63,300 bases of DNA, from assembly GCA_944393485.1 (NCBI GenBank), contig CALYAJ010000001.1, positions 1-63,300 of the forward strand, given 5' to 3'. The stretch comes from an uncultured Clostridia bacterium. Lineage in GTDB: Bacteria; Bacillota; Clostridia; TANB77; CAG-508. Each line of letters starts with the position of its first letter. The stretch's first letter is position 1. The notes under the pieces are model-generated. The model did no database searches, was not told the origin of the DNA, and saw only the letters and a program-made list of their open reading frames with translations. The translations under genes and the position numbers were made by a program. Positions 42,879-52,900 of the stretch are shown here, piece after piece.

Positions 42879-43565
42879 TTAATCTATTTTATTAACATCA
42901 TTTAATATATTCCATATACTTTCTGCTTTTGGCAAATATGTAAAGCTCATTCTTTCTTTAGTTATTGGATGATTAAATTCTAATTTATATGACCATAAAG
43001 CAAGCTTCCCTGTTCTACTTCTTGTCCCATATTTAGAATCTCCACATAAGCTATGACCTCTACTCGAAAACTGTACTCTTATCTGATGATGTCTACCAGT
43101 CTTTAAATTTATTTTTACTAAACTCATATTTCTAATTTTATCATAATATAATACTTCATAATCTAATTCTGCATATTTTGCCTTAGAATTTTCTTTATTA
43201 GTAACCATAGATCTATTTAGTCTTTCATTTTTTACTAAATAATCTTGCATACTCCCTTTTTCTTTTTCCATTTTTCCCTTTACTATAGCTATATATTTTT
43301 TAGATATAGTTTTATTTCTAACCTGTTCACTTAATCTTGATGCAGCTTTAGAAGTTTTGGCAAATACCATAACTCCACCAACAGATCTATCCAATCTATG
43401 TACTAAACCTAAATACACATTTCCTGGCTTATTATATTTTTCCTTTAGATATTGCTTAATTATTGTAAGCATATCTAAATCATGAGTTTTATCTGCTTGA
43501 GAAGGAATTTTTGGTTCTTTTACTACTACAATAATATGATTATCTTCATATAATATATTTAGCAT
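42879..43565 (-). CDS. RluA-family pseudouridine synthase
   Basis: Has the HRLDRSVGGVMVFAKT catalytic motif. The ATG at 43565 overlaps the stop of the upstream gene (TAATG). Confidence 0.85.
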   Translation of the reverse strand: MLNILYEDNHIIVVVKEPKIPSQADKTHDLDMLTIIKQYLKEKYNKPGNVYLGLVHRLDRSVGGVMVFAKTSKAASRLSEQVRNKTISKKYIAIVKGKMEKEKGSMQDYLVKNERLNRSMVTNKENSKAKYAELDYEVLYYDKIRNMSLVKINLKTGRHHQIRVQFSSRGHSLCGDSKYGTRSRTGKLALWSYKLEFNHPITKERMSFTYLPKAESIWNILNDVNKID

Positions 43566-44425
43566 TATTTTTCCTCCCATTTTCCATATATACCACATGG
43601 AAGTACTAATTTTGAATCTTTCATAGGTAGTCCAACTTCTCCAGATTCAAAAACTCCATCATTTTTTATATTTATTCTTAAAATATTTTCTAATACTTTT
43701 GCAGATATTCCAGTTGTATATGAGTTTATTAAAAAGAATAGTGGATTTTTAGATAATACTTTAGTACATAATTCTACTAAATCTGTAATATCGTCTTCAA
43801 ATCTCCAAACTTCACCTTTTGCTCCTCTTCCATAAGAAGGTGGATCCATTATAATAGCATCATATTTATTGCCTCTTCTAATTTCTCTATTTACAAATTT
43901 AACAACATCATCCACTATATATCTAACTGGTCTATCCTTTAATCCAGATGAAATTACATTTTCTTTCGCCCAACTAACCATTCCTTTTGAACTATCAACA
44001 TGACACACAGAAGCACCTGCTGAAAGACAAGCAACTGTTGCTCCACCAGTATATGCAAATAAATTTAACACTTTAATATCTCTTTTTGCAGATTTTATTT
44101 TTTCCATCATCCAATCCCAATTAACTGCTTGCTCTGGGAAAAGTCCTGTATGTTTAAATCCCATAGGTTTAATATTAAATGTTAAATCTTTATATTTTAT
44201 TTTCCATTCGCTTGGCATTTTCTTTTTATATTGCCAACTTCCTCCACCAGTTTTGCTTCTATTATATATAGCATTTGCCGTTTTCCACTTTTCCTCATGT
44301 TCTTTTTTATTCCAAATTATTTGTGGGTCTGGTCTAATTAAAATAACATTTCCCCATCTTTCTAGTTTTTCACCATTTGCCATATCTAATATTTCGTAAT
44401 CTTTCCAATTATTAGCAAGTTTCAT
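43565..44425 (-). CDS. class I SAM-dependent (rRNA) methyltransferase
   Basis: Has VLNLFAYTGGATVA (motif I) and IIMDPPSYGRG (motif IV), RlmI/RlmK-like. Confidence 0.8.
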   Translation of the reverse strand: MKLANNWKDYEILDMANGEKLERWGNVILIRPDPQIIWNKKEHEEKWKTANAIYNRSKTGGGSWQYKKKMPSEWKIKYKDLTFNIKPMGFKHTGLFPEQAVNWDWMMEKIKSAKRDIKVLNLFAYTGGATVACLSAGASVCHVDSSKGMVSWAKENVISSGLKDRPVRYIVDDVVKFVNREIRRGNKYDAIIMDPPSYGRGAKGEVWRFEDDITDLVELCTKVLSKNPLFFLINSYTTGISAKVLENILRINIKNDGVFESGEVGLPMKDSKLVLPCGIYGKWEEK

Positions 44426-44439
44426 AATACATCTCCATT

Positions 44440-44607
44440 TTACAAGTTTGATAAAATTCTAAAAAAATTATATATGCAAAATATATTTGCAACACAAAAT
44501 ACAATTCCTATTGAAGTTAATAGTTTAAAAATATCTCTGTCATTAATTTTTCTCTTTTTTTCGTCCATATACTCAATTGTATATATTTCATCCTTAGCAT
44601 ATTCCAT
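44440..44607 (-). CDS. small membrane protein (55 aa)
   Basis: Encodes MEYAKDEIYTIEY... with a C-terminal TM segment. GGGAGG lies 8 nt upstream of the ATG at 44607. Confidence 0.45.
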   Translation of the reverse strand: MEYAKDEIYTIEYMDEKKRKINDRDIFKLLTSIGIVFCVANIFCIYNFFRILSNL

Positions 44608-44737
44608 GTTTTTTCCTCCCATTATAATATATTCAAAAAAACATGCATTATGCTTAGTACAGACTATATTTTACCATATATTTTATTCATTTTTCAATAT
44701 TATGTAACATTTTATGTAGTTAATTTCTATATAATAT

Positions 44738-44769
44738 CAAAAAATGCACTTATTAAGATAAGCGCATTT
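44738..44769 (-). terminator. intrinsic terminator after greA
   Basis: Stem AAATGCACTTAT/ATAAGCGCATTT (one mismatch) with a 4-nt loop and a T-run on the minus strand. Confidence 0.6.
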
Positions 44770-44792
44770 TATTATTACTCCATTATATATAA

Positions 44793-45275
44793 TTATTTTT
44801 TAATTTCTAATATTTTATATTTACATACCCCCGCTGGTACTTGTACTTCTACTACTTGATTCTTTTTACTTCCTAATAGAGCTGAACCTATTGGTGATTC
44901 GTTAGAAATTTTATTTTGTGTAATGTCTGCTTCTGTTGTTCCTACTATAGTATATTCTACTTCTTCATCGAATTCCATATCTAAAACTTTAACTGTGTTA
45001 CCTATTTGAACTTTTTTAGTATCGATTTCTGAATCATCAATTATTTTGGCAAATCTTAATTTTGCTTCTAGTTCTGCTATTTTTTCTTCATTTGCGGCTT
45101 GTGCATTTTTTGCTTCGTCGTATTCTGAATTTTCTGAAAGGTCACCAAATCCTAGAGCAACTTTAATTCTTTCTGCTATCTCTGCTCTTTCTTCTGTTTT
45201 TAGCTTTTCTAGCTCAGCTTCCATTTTTTTATATCCTTCTTCTGTTAGTAGAATTTCTTTGTTGCTATCTCCCAT
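44793..45275 (-). CDS. greA: transcription elongation factor GreA
   Basis: Coiled-coil N-terminus with [13 protein letters not shown], and a C-terminal [13 protein letters not shown] motif. Confidence 0.95.
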   Translation of the reverse strand: MGDSNKEILLTEEGYKKMEAELEKLKTEERAEIAERIKVALGFGDLSENSEYDEAKNAQAANEEKIAELEAKLRFAKIIDDSEIDTKKVQIGNTVKVLDMEFDEEVEYTIVGTTEADITQNKISNESPIGSALLGSKKNQVVEVQVPAGVCKYKILEIKK

Positions 45276-45361
45276 ATTGTTTTCCCTCCTGATATTTTTA
45301 TTCCTGCATTATATTAAGCTAATATTTTTGTTTTGTCAAGTATCGACCAATAAGTTTTATT

Positions 45362-46180
45362 TCATTTATATTCATTTTCATTTATTATTCCATTCTTTCC
45401 TTGTAAATACATAATTTTTACTTTATCATTCTCTATTTTTCTTCTTATTTCATTTATAGATTTATTTATTATAAATGACTCATATAATTCATTATAATTA
45501 AACTCATTTAGTTCATCTACTTGTTTAATAATAAAATTATTTATATTAATTCCTTCAAAACTTTTTGAATTTATATTAACATTTTCTTCTATATTAATTA
45601 AAATTGCTCTTCTATTTATTTTATATTTATTTAGTTGCTCTTCTGAAAAATCTATATTAATTATATATCTTTTATTTTTTAGACTTTTCATTTTATTATT
45701 CATAACTGGTATAACTATTCCTTCATTATTATATAATTCATTACTCCATCTTTTAAATTTACTTATATTATTAGTTACTATATTTATTCCTTTTGCTCTT
45801 TTTAATATCTCATTTATATAAAATATATTTATTTTTGTAAAATCATTTATTAAAATTGTTATCTCTAATTTCTCTTTATTAGTTTCCACTTTATTAGATA
45901 AATATTCAACAATTTCTGGTAATAAATTTTTAAATAAAAACTTTCCATTTAAAACATCTATATTGTTTGCATACAATGCGTTTATAAATTCATCTTCAGT
46001 TTTATCTTTTTTAGCTATTACAACAATCTTTATATTATCTTTTAATAATGTTTTTAATAATTTAGAATTAAGTTTTGCAGATGTATATTTAATTCCATTT
46101 TCAAAATCTTCTTTTTTTATTTTATTAAAAATCTTATCAAAAAGTCCGCACTCTTCTTCTTTTTTTATATATCCAATCAT
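45362..46180 (-). CDS. hypothetical protein (272 aa from the ATG at 46180)
   Basis: Asn/Lys/Ile-rich ORF. The ATG at 46180 has the SD GAAGGTGA. The ORF-track ATG at 46198 lies in a hairpin loop and has no SD. Confidence 0.6.
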   Translation of the reverse strand: MIGYIKKEEECGLFDKIFNKIKKEDFENGIKYTSAKLNSKLLKTLLKDNIKIVVIAKKDKTEDEFINALYANNIDVLNGKFLFKNLLPEIVEYLSNKVETNKEKLEITILINDFTKINIFYINEILKRAKGINIVTNNISKFKRWSNELYNNEGIVIPVMNNKMKSLKNKRYIINIDFSEEQLNKYKINRRAILINIEENVNINSKSFEGININNFIIKQVDELNEFNYNELYESFIINKSINEIRRKIENDKVKIMYLQGKNGIINENEYK

Positions 46181-46181
46181 A

Positions 46182-46218
46182 AAAATCACCTTCTTCATTA
46201 TATGAAAAAGGTGATTTT
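46182..46218 (-). terminator. hairpin after the GH18 gene that contains the SD of the next gene
   Basis: 11-bp stem AAAATCACCTT/AAGGTGATTTT with a 15-nt loop, starting 11 nt after the GH18 stop. Confidence 0.55.
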
Positions 46219-46228
46219 ATATTACTAG

Positions 46229-47920
46229 TTAATTTAATTGTTCTTTTACCATTGTCCAAAATGCGTCGTTTGGCTCTCTATCTTTTTCCCAAAAAGCTAT
46301 TCCAGCTAAATTATATTGATTTGCCAAATTTATTTTTTCTTGAACTGATCTATCATTTTCTATCCATATTTTATAAGTCGCTCCATCTTCTTGATATTCT
46401 GCATAATATTGTTTTAATTCTTCATCCCAATTAGCAACTAGACCTTCTGGAACTTCTGATTCAATATCTTTCATATTAACAACCTTAGAATCCACTTCTC
46501 CGTCTTTTTCTTCCCAAATTCTTGTATATAATGGTATTCCTAAAATTATTTTTTCTGCATCTACATCTTCTTGTCCTAAAAATTTCTTTATATTAGTTTC
46601 TACCCAATTATATCCAGCTACTGTTCCTGGTTCTTTTGAACTTGGTCCATGTTGATCATATGCCATAAATATAATATAGTCTGAAACATCAGCTATAGTA
46701 TCTCTGTCAAAACATAATGACCAGTTTTCTGAACCATCAGGTGCTGTTACATCTACAGATAATATCTTACCTGCCTTTTTTAATTGTGGAGATAATTCTA
46801 TTAAAAATCTAGAATATAAATCTTTGTCTTCTCCATTCATATTTTCAAAATCTACATTTAATCCATCTATATTATATTCTTGAACTAAATTTAATATATT
46901 TTGTATCATATATTCTCTTTTATCATAATCATTTAATATTGCAGATGTAGTATCTCTTAAAGAATTATTAGAAAACATTGCCCATACTTGATATCCATTA
47001 TTATGTGCCCATTCTATATATCTTCTTCCTTCATCATTACAATTATCAAAAATCTCCCCATTACTTCCTGTTTCTAATGAAAAGAATGATGGTGATACAA
47101 CATTTACTCCATCTATAACTTGATTTGTTCTATCTGGTGCTGTTACATATTCAGAAAAATAATCCCATACTAAATTTACTTTTCCCTCTGGTTTTGTTAC
47201 AAATTCTTTTTCTTCTCTTATTGTTTGCTTTTCACCAATAGTATCATTTTTAACATATCCTATTATTCCATCTTTTGTTCTTCCCTTTATCCAATCCTCT
47301 GTTTCATCTATATATATTAATTCATCGCCTTCTTTTAGTTTTGACAATGTTTTTGAAAATACTGTTGTTTTATATTTTAAATTTGTATCTTTTTCTACTA
47401 CTACTTTTTCTTGCTTTCTATCTAAAGAATCAATTATTATTGTGTCTGTACTTTGTATATAATTTAAATTAACATCATAAACTTTTTCACTTATTTCTGA
47501 AAATGGAATATATACTGTATCATCTCTTTCTAGTATTTCTGAATTTAATGTTTCATCTGTTCCATTTATTGAAATATTATTGTTATTAAGGTGCATTCTT
47601 GCAATATTTATTTCTGATGTTGTTATAATTTCACCAGTTTCTTCATCATATTCTATATATTTGTCAAAAAAGTTTTTTATATCTTCAAGTGATAAATAAA
47701 TATTATTATTATCATCTTTATAAATGTCTTTTTTCATACTTAAAGTAACATCATTATTATTAATTAATATTCCTATTTTTCCTTCTCTATCTTCTTTAGT
47801 ATAATTTGGTGATAAATAAAAAATAGTAGCTATAATACTCAAAAATAATAAAGCAATTATTATATGAACTATTACTTTTCCTTTATTCCCTTTCGTATCT
47901 TCTAACATTCTTTTTGCCAT
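46229..47920 (-). CDS. glycoside hydrolase family 18 protein, membrane-anchored
   Basis: N-terminal TM segment, an SH3-like segment (WIKGRTKDGIIGYV) and the catalytic DGLNVDFE (DxxDxDxE) motif. Confidence 0.85.
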   Translation of the reverse strand: MAKRMLEDTKGNKGKVIVHIIIALLFLSIIATIFYLSPNYTKEDREGKIGILINNNDVTLSMKKDIYKDDNNNIYLSLEDIKNFFDKYIEYDEETGEIITTSEINIARMHLNNNNISINGTDETLNSEILERDDTVYIPFSEISEKVYDVNLNYIQSTDTIIIDSLDRKQEKVVVEKDTNLKYKTTVFSKTLSKLKEGDELIYIDETEDWIKGRTKDGIIGYVKNDTIGEKQTIREEKEFVTKPEGKVNLVWDYFSEYVTAPDRTNQVIDGVNVVSPSFFSLETGSNGEIFDNCNDEGRRYIEWAHNNGYQVWAMFSNNSLRDTTSAILNDYDKREYMIQNILNLVQEYNIDGLNVDFENMNGEDKDLYSRFLIELSPQLKKAGKILSVDVTAPDGSENWSLCFDRDTIADVSDYIIFMAYDQHGPSSKEPGTVAGYNWVETNIKKFLGQEDVDAEKIILGIPLYTRIWEEKDGEVDSKVVNMKDIESEVPEGLVANWDEELKQYYAEYQEDGATYKIWIENDRSVQEKINLANQYNLAGIAFWEKDREPNDAFWTMVKEQLN

Positions 47921-47984
47921 TTGTATTCTCCTTACTTTTACATTTTTTAATAAAATTCTTTATCATCTTATCATAATATAAAAA

Positions 47985-48140
47985 TTTTGCCAAGCATATC
48001 TTTGAAGTATATGCAAAATATATGCCACTCCTAAATTTTTAATTTCGTTAGATTTAACTATATGCAACGCTAAGCCACTTGTTTTGTTCGGGCAGACATA
48101 TGTAACCTAAGCTTTTTTCTAAAAAATCAAAAATTGCTTT
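47985..48140 (-). repeat. structured intergenic repeat, copy E (reverse orientation, long and degenerate)
   Basis: The reverse complement GATTTTTTAGAAAAAAGCTTAGGTTACATATGTCTGCCCGAACAAAACAAGTGG...CTTGGCAAAATTTTTAT aligns with copies A and B. Confidence 0.5.
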
Positions 48141-48166
48141 ATTTACATAATTTGGCAGTATTTTTC

Positions 48167-48195
48167 TTTACTTTTATATGTCTTTATGGTATAAT
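48167..48195 (+). promoter_or_regulatory. promoter for the nfeD-SPFH operon
   Basis: TTTACT-N14-TGGTATAAT (extended -10), 35 nt upstream of the ATG at 48230. Confidence 0.5.
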
Positions 48196-48229
48196 TTTTA
48201 TAGTTGATTGTGCGAAAGGAGGCTTTCTT

Positions 48230-48685
48230 ATGTGGTTACTTTGGTTAGTACTAGGAGGAGTACTATTTGTTGGTGAAATATTGACAGCTGGATTTTTATT
48301 ATTATGGTTTGGAATTGGTGCTATCGCAGCAATGTTGGTAAGTTTTGTAACATCTAATTTATTTATTCAAATTTTAGTATTTGTAGTAGTTTCTATTATT
48401 TTACTTATATTTACAAAACCTATCCTTTCTAAATATACAAAGAACGATACTACAATAACAAATTCTAAAACAATAATTGGAAAAAAGGCTATCGTAACAG
48501 AAGAAATCTCTTTACTAAAAGGCACTGGACAAATAAAAGTTGATGGCGAAATATGGTCAGCCAAAACTATTGATTCAAGTATAGTTATACCAAAAGGTTC
48601 TGAAGTAGAAATCATTGATATAGATGGTGTAAAAGCTTGCGTTGCAAGCAATTATAGATTACCATCTAATAATAATAAAATATAA
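48230..48685 (+). CDS. NfeD-family membrane protein
   Basis: Two or three TM segments plus a C-terminal OB-like domain (GQIKVDGEIWSAK). AGGAGG lies upstream of the ATG at 48230. Confidence 0.85.
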   Translation: MWLLWLVLGGVLFVGEILTAGFLLLWFGIGAIAAMLVSFVTSNLFIQILVFVVVSIILLIFTKPILSKYTKNDTTITNSKTIIGKKAIVTEEISLLKGTGQIKVDGEIWSAKTIDSSIVIPKGSEVEIIDIDGVKACVASNYRLPSNNNKI

Positions 48686-48700
48686 TAAAAGGAGATTATT

Positions 48701-49657
48701 ATGGGAGGAATTATTTTTTTAATAGTTTTTATTGTTTTTGTACTTATAATTGCATATAAATCAATTAAAGTTGTAAAACAATCTGAAGTTTATATTATTG
48801 AAAGATTAGGTAAATTTCATAAAGTAGCTGATGCTGGTCTTACAATTATATTTCCATTTGTAGATCACGTTCGTAGTGTTGTTAGTTTAAAACAACAAAC
48901 AATGGATATACCACCACAAGGAGTTATCACTCAAGATAACGTTACAATTACAATTGATACAGTTGTGTTCTATCAAATAACAGATCCTGCAAAAGCTGTA
49001 TATGAAATTCAATCATTAAAGAAAGGTATTGAATATTTAGCTATTACAACAATTCGTGATATTGTTGGTAAGATGACATTGGACGAAACATTTAGTTCAA
49101 GAGACTTAATAAACCAAAAATTAAGATCTATACTAGATGAAGCAACAGATAAATGGGGATGTAAAATAGATAGAGTTGAAATTAAAGATATTAACCCACC
49201 TGAAGATATTAGAGATGCAATGGAAAAACAAATGAATGCAGAAAGAAATAAAAGAGCTTTAATTCTTCAATCTGAAGGTGAAAGACAATCTGCAATCACA
49301 CTTGCTGAAGGACAAAAAGCTGCTGCAATATTACAAGCTGAAGCTGATAAAGAAGCAAGAATTAGAAGAGCTGCCGGTGAAGCTGAAGCTATTAGAAAAG
49401 TTGCTGAAGCTAAAGCAGAAGAAGTTAGAATGGTTTATGATGCAATAAAGAAAGCTGATCCAGATGAAAAGCTTATTCAAATTAAATCCCTTGAAGCTCT
49501 TGAAGAAGTTGCTAAAGGTGATGCTAACAAAGTATTTATTCCATTTGAAGCAACAGCAGCATTAAGTGGTTTAGGTGCAGCAACAGAAGTTATTAAAGAT
49601 GGTGAAAAAAAAGCTGTAGATAAAAAATTAAAAGATGTTGCTAAAGATCAAAAATAA
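48701..49657 (+). CDS. SPFH/band-7 (stomatin-like) protein
   Basis: N-terminal TM segment, an SPFH domain (IIERLGKFHKV...TQDNVTITID) and an Ala/Glu-rich coiled coil. It is paired with nfeD, as is typical. Confidence 0.9.
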   Translation: MGGIIFLIVFIVFVLIIAYKSIKVVKQSEVYIIERLGKFHKVADAGLTIIFPFVDHVRSVVSLKQQTMDIPPQGVITQDNVTITIDTVVFYQITDPAKAVYEIQSLKKGIEYLAITTIRDIVGKMTLDETFSSRDLINQKLRSILDEATDKWGCKIDRVEIKDINPPEDIRDAMEKQMNAERNKRALILQSEGERQSAITLAEGQKAAAILQAEADKEARIRRAAGEAEAIRKVAEAKAEEVRMVYDAIKKADPDEKLIQIKSLEALEEVAKGDANKVFIPFEATAALSGLGAATEVIKDGEKKAVDKKLKDVAKDQK

Positions 49658-49667
49658 TTAAATACGT

Positions 49668-49708
49668 TAAAAAGTGGATGCTAGATTTTTAGCATCCGCT
49701 TTTATTTT
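49668..49708. terminator. bidirectional intrinsic terminator
   Basis: Stem GTGGATGCTA/TAGCATCCGC (one G-T pair on the plus strand), flanked by an A-run and a T-run. Confidence 0.75.
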
Positions 49709-49738
49709 ATATCATAGATATTCTATGATATTTTTTTA

Positions 49739-50881
49739 TTACATCTGTATCCTTAGATTTTTTATAATTTCTTCTAATGAATCTACTAAATAATCGATAT
49801 CTTCTTTAGTATTTTCCTTTCCTAATGTTATTCTTATGGTTCCTCTTGCAATACCTTCAGAAAGCCCTATTGCAGAAAGCACGTGAGAAGTCCTTATTTC
49901 GCCACTACTACATGCTGAACCAGCTGAAACACATATTCCCTTTTTATTTAATTCTGTAATAATATCTTTATTATTTGTAAATAAGAAAGATATGTTAATA
50001 TTTCCCGATAATCTATTTTCTAAATCACCATTTATTTGTATATATGGTATTATTTTTATTCTTTGTAAAAAATATTTTCTAAGGTCTAACAATTTTTTAT
50101 TGTAATCTAATATTTCATTATTTGCAATTTCTATTGCTTTACCTAATCCTACAATACCTGCAACATTTTCAGTACCAGCTCTTTTATCAAATTCTTGATG
50201 TCCTCCATCTTGAATCGGAATAAATTTAACATTTTCATTTATATATAATGCTCCTACTCCCTTTGGTCCATAAAATTTATGTGCAGACATAGATAGTGCA
50301 TCTATTCCCATTTTTCTTACATCAATTTTTATATTTCCTATTGCCTGAACAGCATCTGTATGAAATATTATATTATTTTGATGTGCTATTTTAGAAATTT
50401 CTTCTATTGGTTCTATTGTCCCGATTTCATTATTTGCCATCATAATAGATATTAATATTGTATCTTTATTTATTGCATTTTTTAAATCTTGTAAATTTAT
50501 AAAACCATTTTTGTCTACATTTAAATACGTTACTCTAAATCCTTCGTTCTCTAGACTTTTACAAGAATTTAATATTGCCGGATGTTCTATTACACTTGTA
50601 ATTATATGATTTCCTTTCTTTCTATAAGCTTTTGCAATTCCTTTTAAACTTAAATTATCACTTTCAGTTCCACAAGAGGTAAAATATATTTCTTCTGGTT
50701 TTGCATTTATAGCTCTTGCCACTTTTCCCCTTGCTATATTTATTGCTTCCTTAGATTTTTTACCTAAATCGTATAATGATGATGCATTACCATAGTTTTC
50801 ACAAAAGTATGGTAACATTTCTTTTTTTACTTCTTCAGCAACTGCAGTTGTAGCTGCATGATCAAAATATCTTATTTTCAT
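49739..50881 (-). CDS. cysteine desulfurase (NifS/IscS class)
   Basis: Has the PLP lysine motif SAHKFYGPKG and the active-site segment SAGSACSSG. Confidence 0.9.
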   Translation of the reverse strand: MKIRYFDHAATTAVAEEVKKEMLPYFCENYGNASSLYDLGKKSKEAINIARGKVARAINAKPEEIYFTSCGTESDNLSLKGIAKAYRKKGNHIITSVIEHPAILNSCKSLENEGFRVTYLNVDKNGFINLQDLKNAINKDTILISIMMANNEIGTIEPIEEISKIAHQNNIIFHTDAVQAIGNIKIDVRKMGIDALSMSAHKFYGPKGVGALYINENVKFIPIQDGGHQEFDKRAGTENVAGIVGLGKAIEIANNEILDYNKKLLDLRKYFLQRIKIIPYIQINGDLENRLSGNINISFLFTNNKDIITELNKKGICVSAGSACSSGEIRTSHVLSAIGLSEGIARGTIRITLGKENTKEDIDYLVDSLEEIIKNLRIQM

Positions 50882-50943
50882 ATAACATTACCTCTCTATA
50901 TAATATTATATGTATATAGTAATAAATTGTGTAATTCTTACCA

Positions 50944-50988
50944 CAAAAAAAAATCACTTTAAGAAAATACTTAAAGTGATTTTTTTTT
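50944..50988. terminator. bidirectional intrinsic terminator
   Basis: A9-ATCACTTTAAG/CTTAAAGTGAT-T8. Confidence 0.8.
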
Positions 50989-51012
50989 GGCTTTTAAGAC
51001 CATCTCAAATTT

Positions 51013-51771
51013 CTAATAGCTAAGTCCACTATATAATTGTTGTAAATATGAATTATAATCAAATGGTGTTACTGTTTCTGGTTCTCCGTAATCAACACCA
51101 AATGTATCTACTCTTACGCTTTTAATTACAGGTGGATCAACTGGTGTACTTGCTTCTTCACCATCTTCTGCCTCTTCTACTTCTGTTTCATTTAATTTAT
51201 CTAATACATCCATTCCTTCTATAACTTTACCAAAAGCTGCATAATATCCATTTAAACTTGAATTATCCTCTGTCATAATGAAGAATTGTGATCCTGCTGA
51301 ATTGTATCCTTCTTCATATAATCCCATTTGGCTATAATCAGATCTTGCCATAGATATTACACCTTTTTCATGTCTTAAAGTATTTTGGTTAAATCCATTT
51401 TGTACGAATTCACCTTTTATGGCATAATTTTCTGTATCTGAGCCTCCGTCTTTTAAATCTGCTAATGTTGGAGATCCTGAACCAGTTCCCTCTTTATCAC
51501 CACCTTGTACCATAAAGTCTTTAACTATTCTATGGAATGTTAATCCATCATAAAATCCTCTATTTGCTAAAGTAATAAAGTTTTTAACTGTATTTGGTGC
51601 TTGGTCTGGATATAGTTCAATTTTCATAGTTCCCAATCCTTCTATTTCCATAGTAGCTATAGGATTTGATATATTAACTGTTTGTTTTTGATAAATAGTA
51701 TAAGACACTAATCCTATTAAAACAATTACTAATATAATTGCTATTATCATTATTATTCTTTTTGCTTTCAT
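51013..51771 (-). CDS. cyclophilin-type peptidyl-prolyl isomerase, membrane-anchored
   Basis: N-terminal TM segment. FHRIVKDFMVQGGD and SQFFIM motifs are present. Confidence 0.9.
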   Translation of the reverse strand: MKAKRIIMIIAIILVIVLIGLVSYTIYQKQTVNISNPIATMEIEGLGTMKIELYPDQAPNTVKNFITLANRGFYDGLTFHRIVKDFMVQGGDKEGTGSGSPTLADLKDGGSDTENYAIKGEFVQNGFNQNTLRHEKGVISMARSDYSQMGLYEEGYNSAGSQFFIMTEDNSSLNGYYAAFGKVIEGMDVLDKLNETEVEEAEDGEEASTPVDPPVIKSVRVDTFGVDYGEPETVTPFDYNSYLQQLYSGLSY

Positions 51772-51785
51772 TTGTTTTCCTCCTC

Positions 51786-52862
51786 TTAAATTAATGCATT
51801 ATCAAATATAAATTGTTCTTGCATTCTTTTTAGTGATTGCTTGATGGTTTTGGCTCTTACTTCACCAATACCTTCTACTTCGTCTAGTTGTGGTATATCT
51901 GCAGATAATATGTGTTGAAAAGACTTAAATGATTTTACCAAATTATCTACAATATTACTAGGAACTTTAGGAATTTTATTTAATATTCTATATCCTCTAG
52001 TATATACACCAACTTCATCATAGTTTTCAAAATCTTCATAACCTAATATTTTAGCTATTGAAGATGATTTTAATAATTCTTCATAAGGTAAATTAATTAT
52101 TTCTTCTAATACTACTTCTTCATTTTTTTCTTTTTGTTTTCCATTATAATCTTTAATAATTAGTAATTCTTCTTTTTCTAATCCTCCAACTAGCTCTTCT
52201 AGTTGCATACTTATTAATCTTCCCTCATCACCTAGTTCTGAAATTCCTCTTTTTACTTCATCTACAATTTTCATAACCATTTCTGCTCTTTGGATACATG
52301 TTATAACATTATCTAAAGTTACTATATCATTAAATTCATATTCATTTAATACTTTTAATTTACTATCAAACACTTTTTTATATCTTTCTAATGTTTGTAT
52401 TGCTTGGTCTGTTCTATTTAATACAGTAGAAGATTCCCTCATTGTATAACGTAAATCACCTTTAAAGACTGTTATTATATTTCTTCTTTGTGAAATACTT
52501 ACTACTAATGCTCCAGTTTGTTTTGCAGTACGCTCTGCAGTTCTATGTCTTGTTCCTGTTTCTAATGTTGAAATTTCTGGTGATGGAATTAATTGTGCAT
52601 TTGCATATAAAATTTTTTTCAAATCAGAGCTTAATATTATGGCTCCATCCATTTTAGCTAATTCATATAATTTAGATGGAGTATAATCTTCATTTATAAA
52701 AAAACCTCCATCAACAATATCTAAAACTTCTTTACTATCTGAAAAAACTAGTAGTGCACCCGTTTTTGCTTTTAATATATTATCTAACCCATCTCTTATT
52801 AATGTGCCTGGTGCTATTAATTTTAATATATCTGTAATTTCGTCTTTCTTGCTGATTCTCAA
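51786..52862 (-). CDS. disA: DNA integrity scanning protein DisA (diadenylate cyclase)
   Basis: DAC domain (DGAIILS, RHRTAER) and a C-terminal HhH. It lies downstream of radA, as is typical. Confidence 0.9.
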   Translation of the reverse strand: MRISKKDEITDILKLIAPGTLIRDGLDNILKAKTGALLVFSDSKEVLDIVDGGFFINEDYTPSKLYELAKMDGAIILSSDLKKILYANAQLIPSPEISTLETGTRHRTAERTAKQTGALVVSISQRRNIITVFKGDLRYTMRESSTVLNRTDQAIQTLERYKKVFDSKLKVLNEYEFNDIVTLDNVITCIQRAEMVMKIVDEVKRGISELGDEGRLISMQLEELVGGLEKEELLIIKDYNGKQKEKNEEVVLEEIINLPYEELLKSSSIAKILGYEDFENYDEVGVYTRGYRILNKIPKVPSNIVDNLVKSFKSFQHILSADIPQLDEVEGIGEVRAKTIKQSLKRMQEQFIFDNALI

Positions 52863-52900
52863 GTTTAACCAACCCTTTCTACCTTACAATATATTAATAG

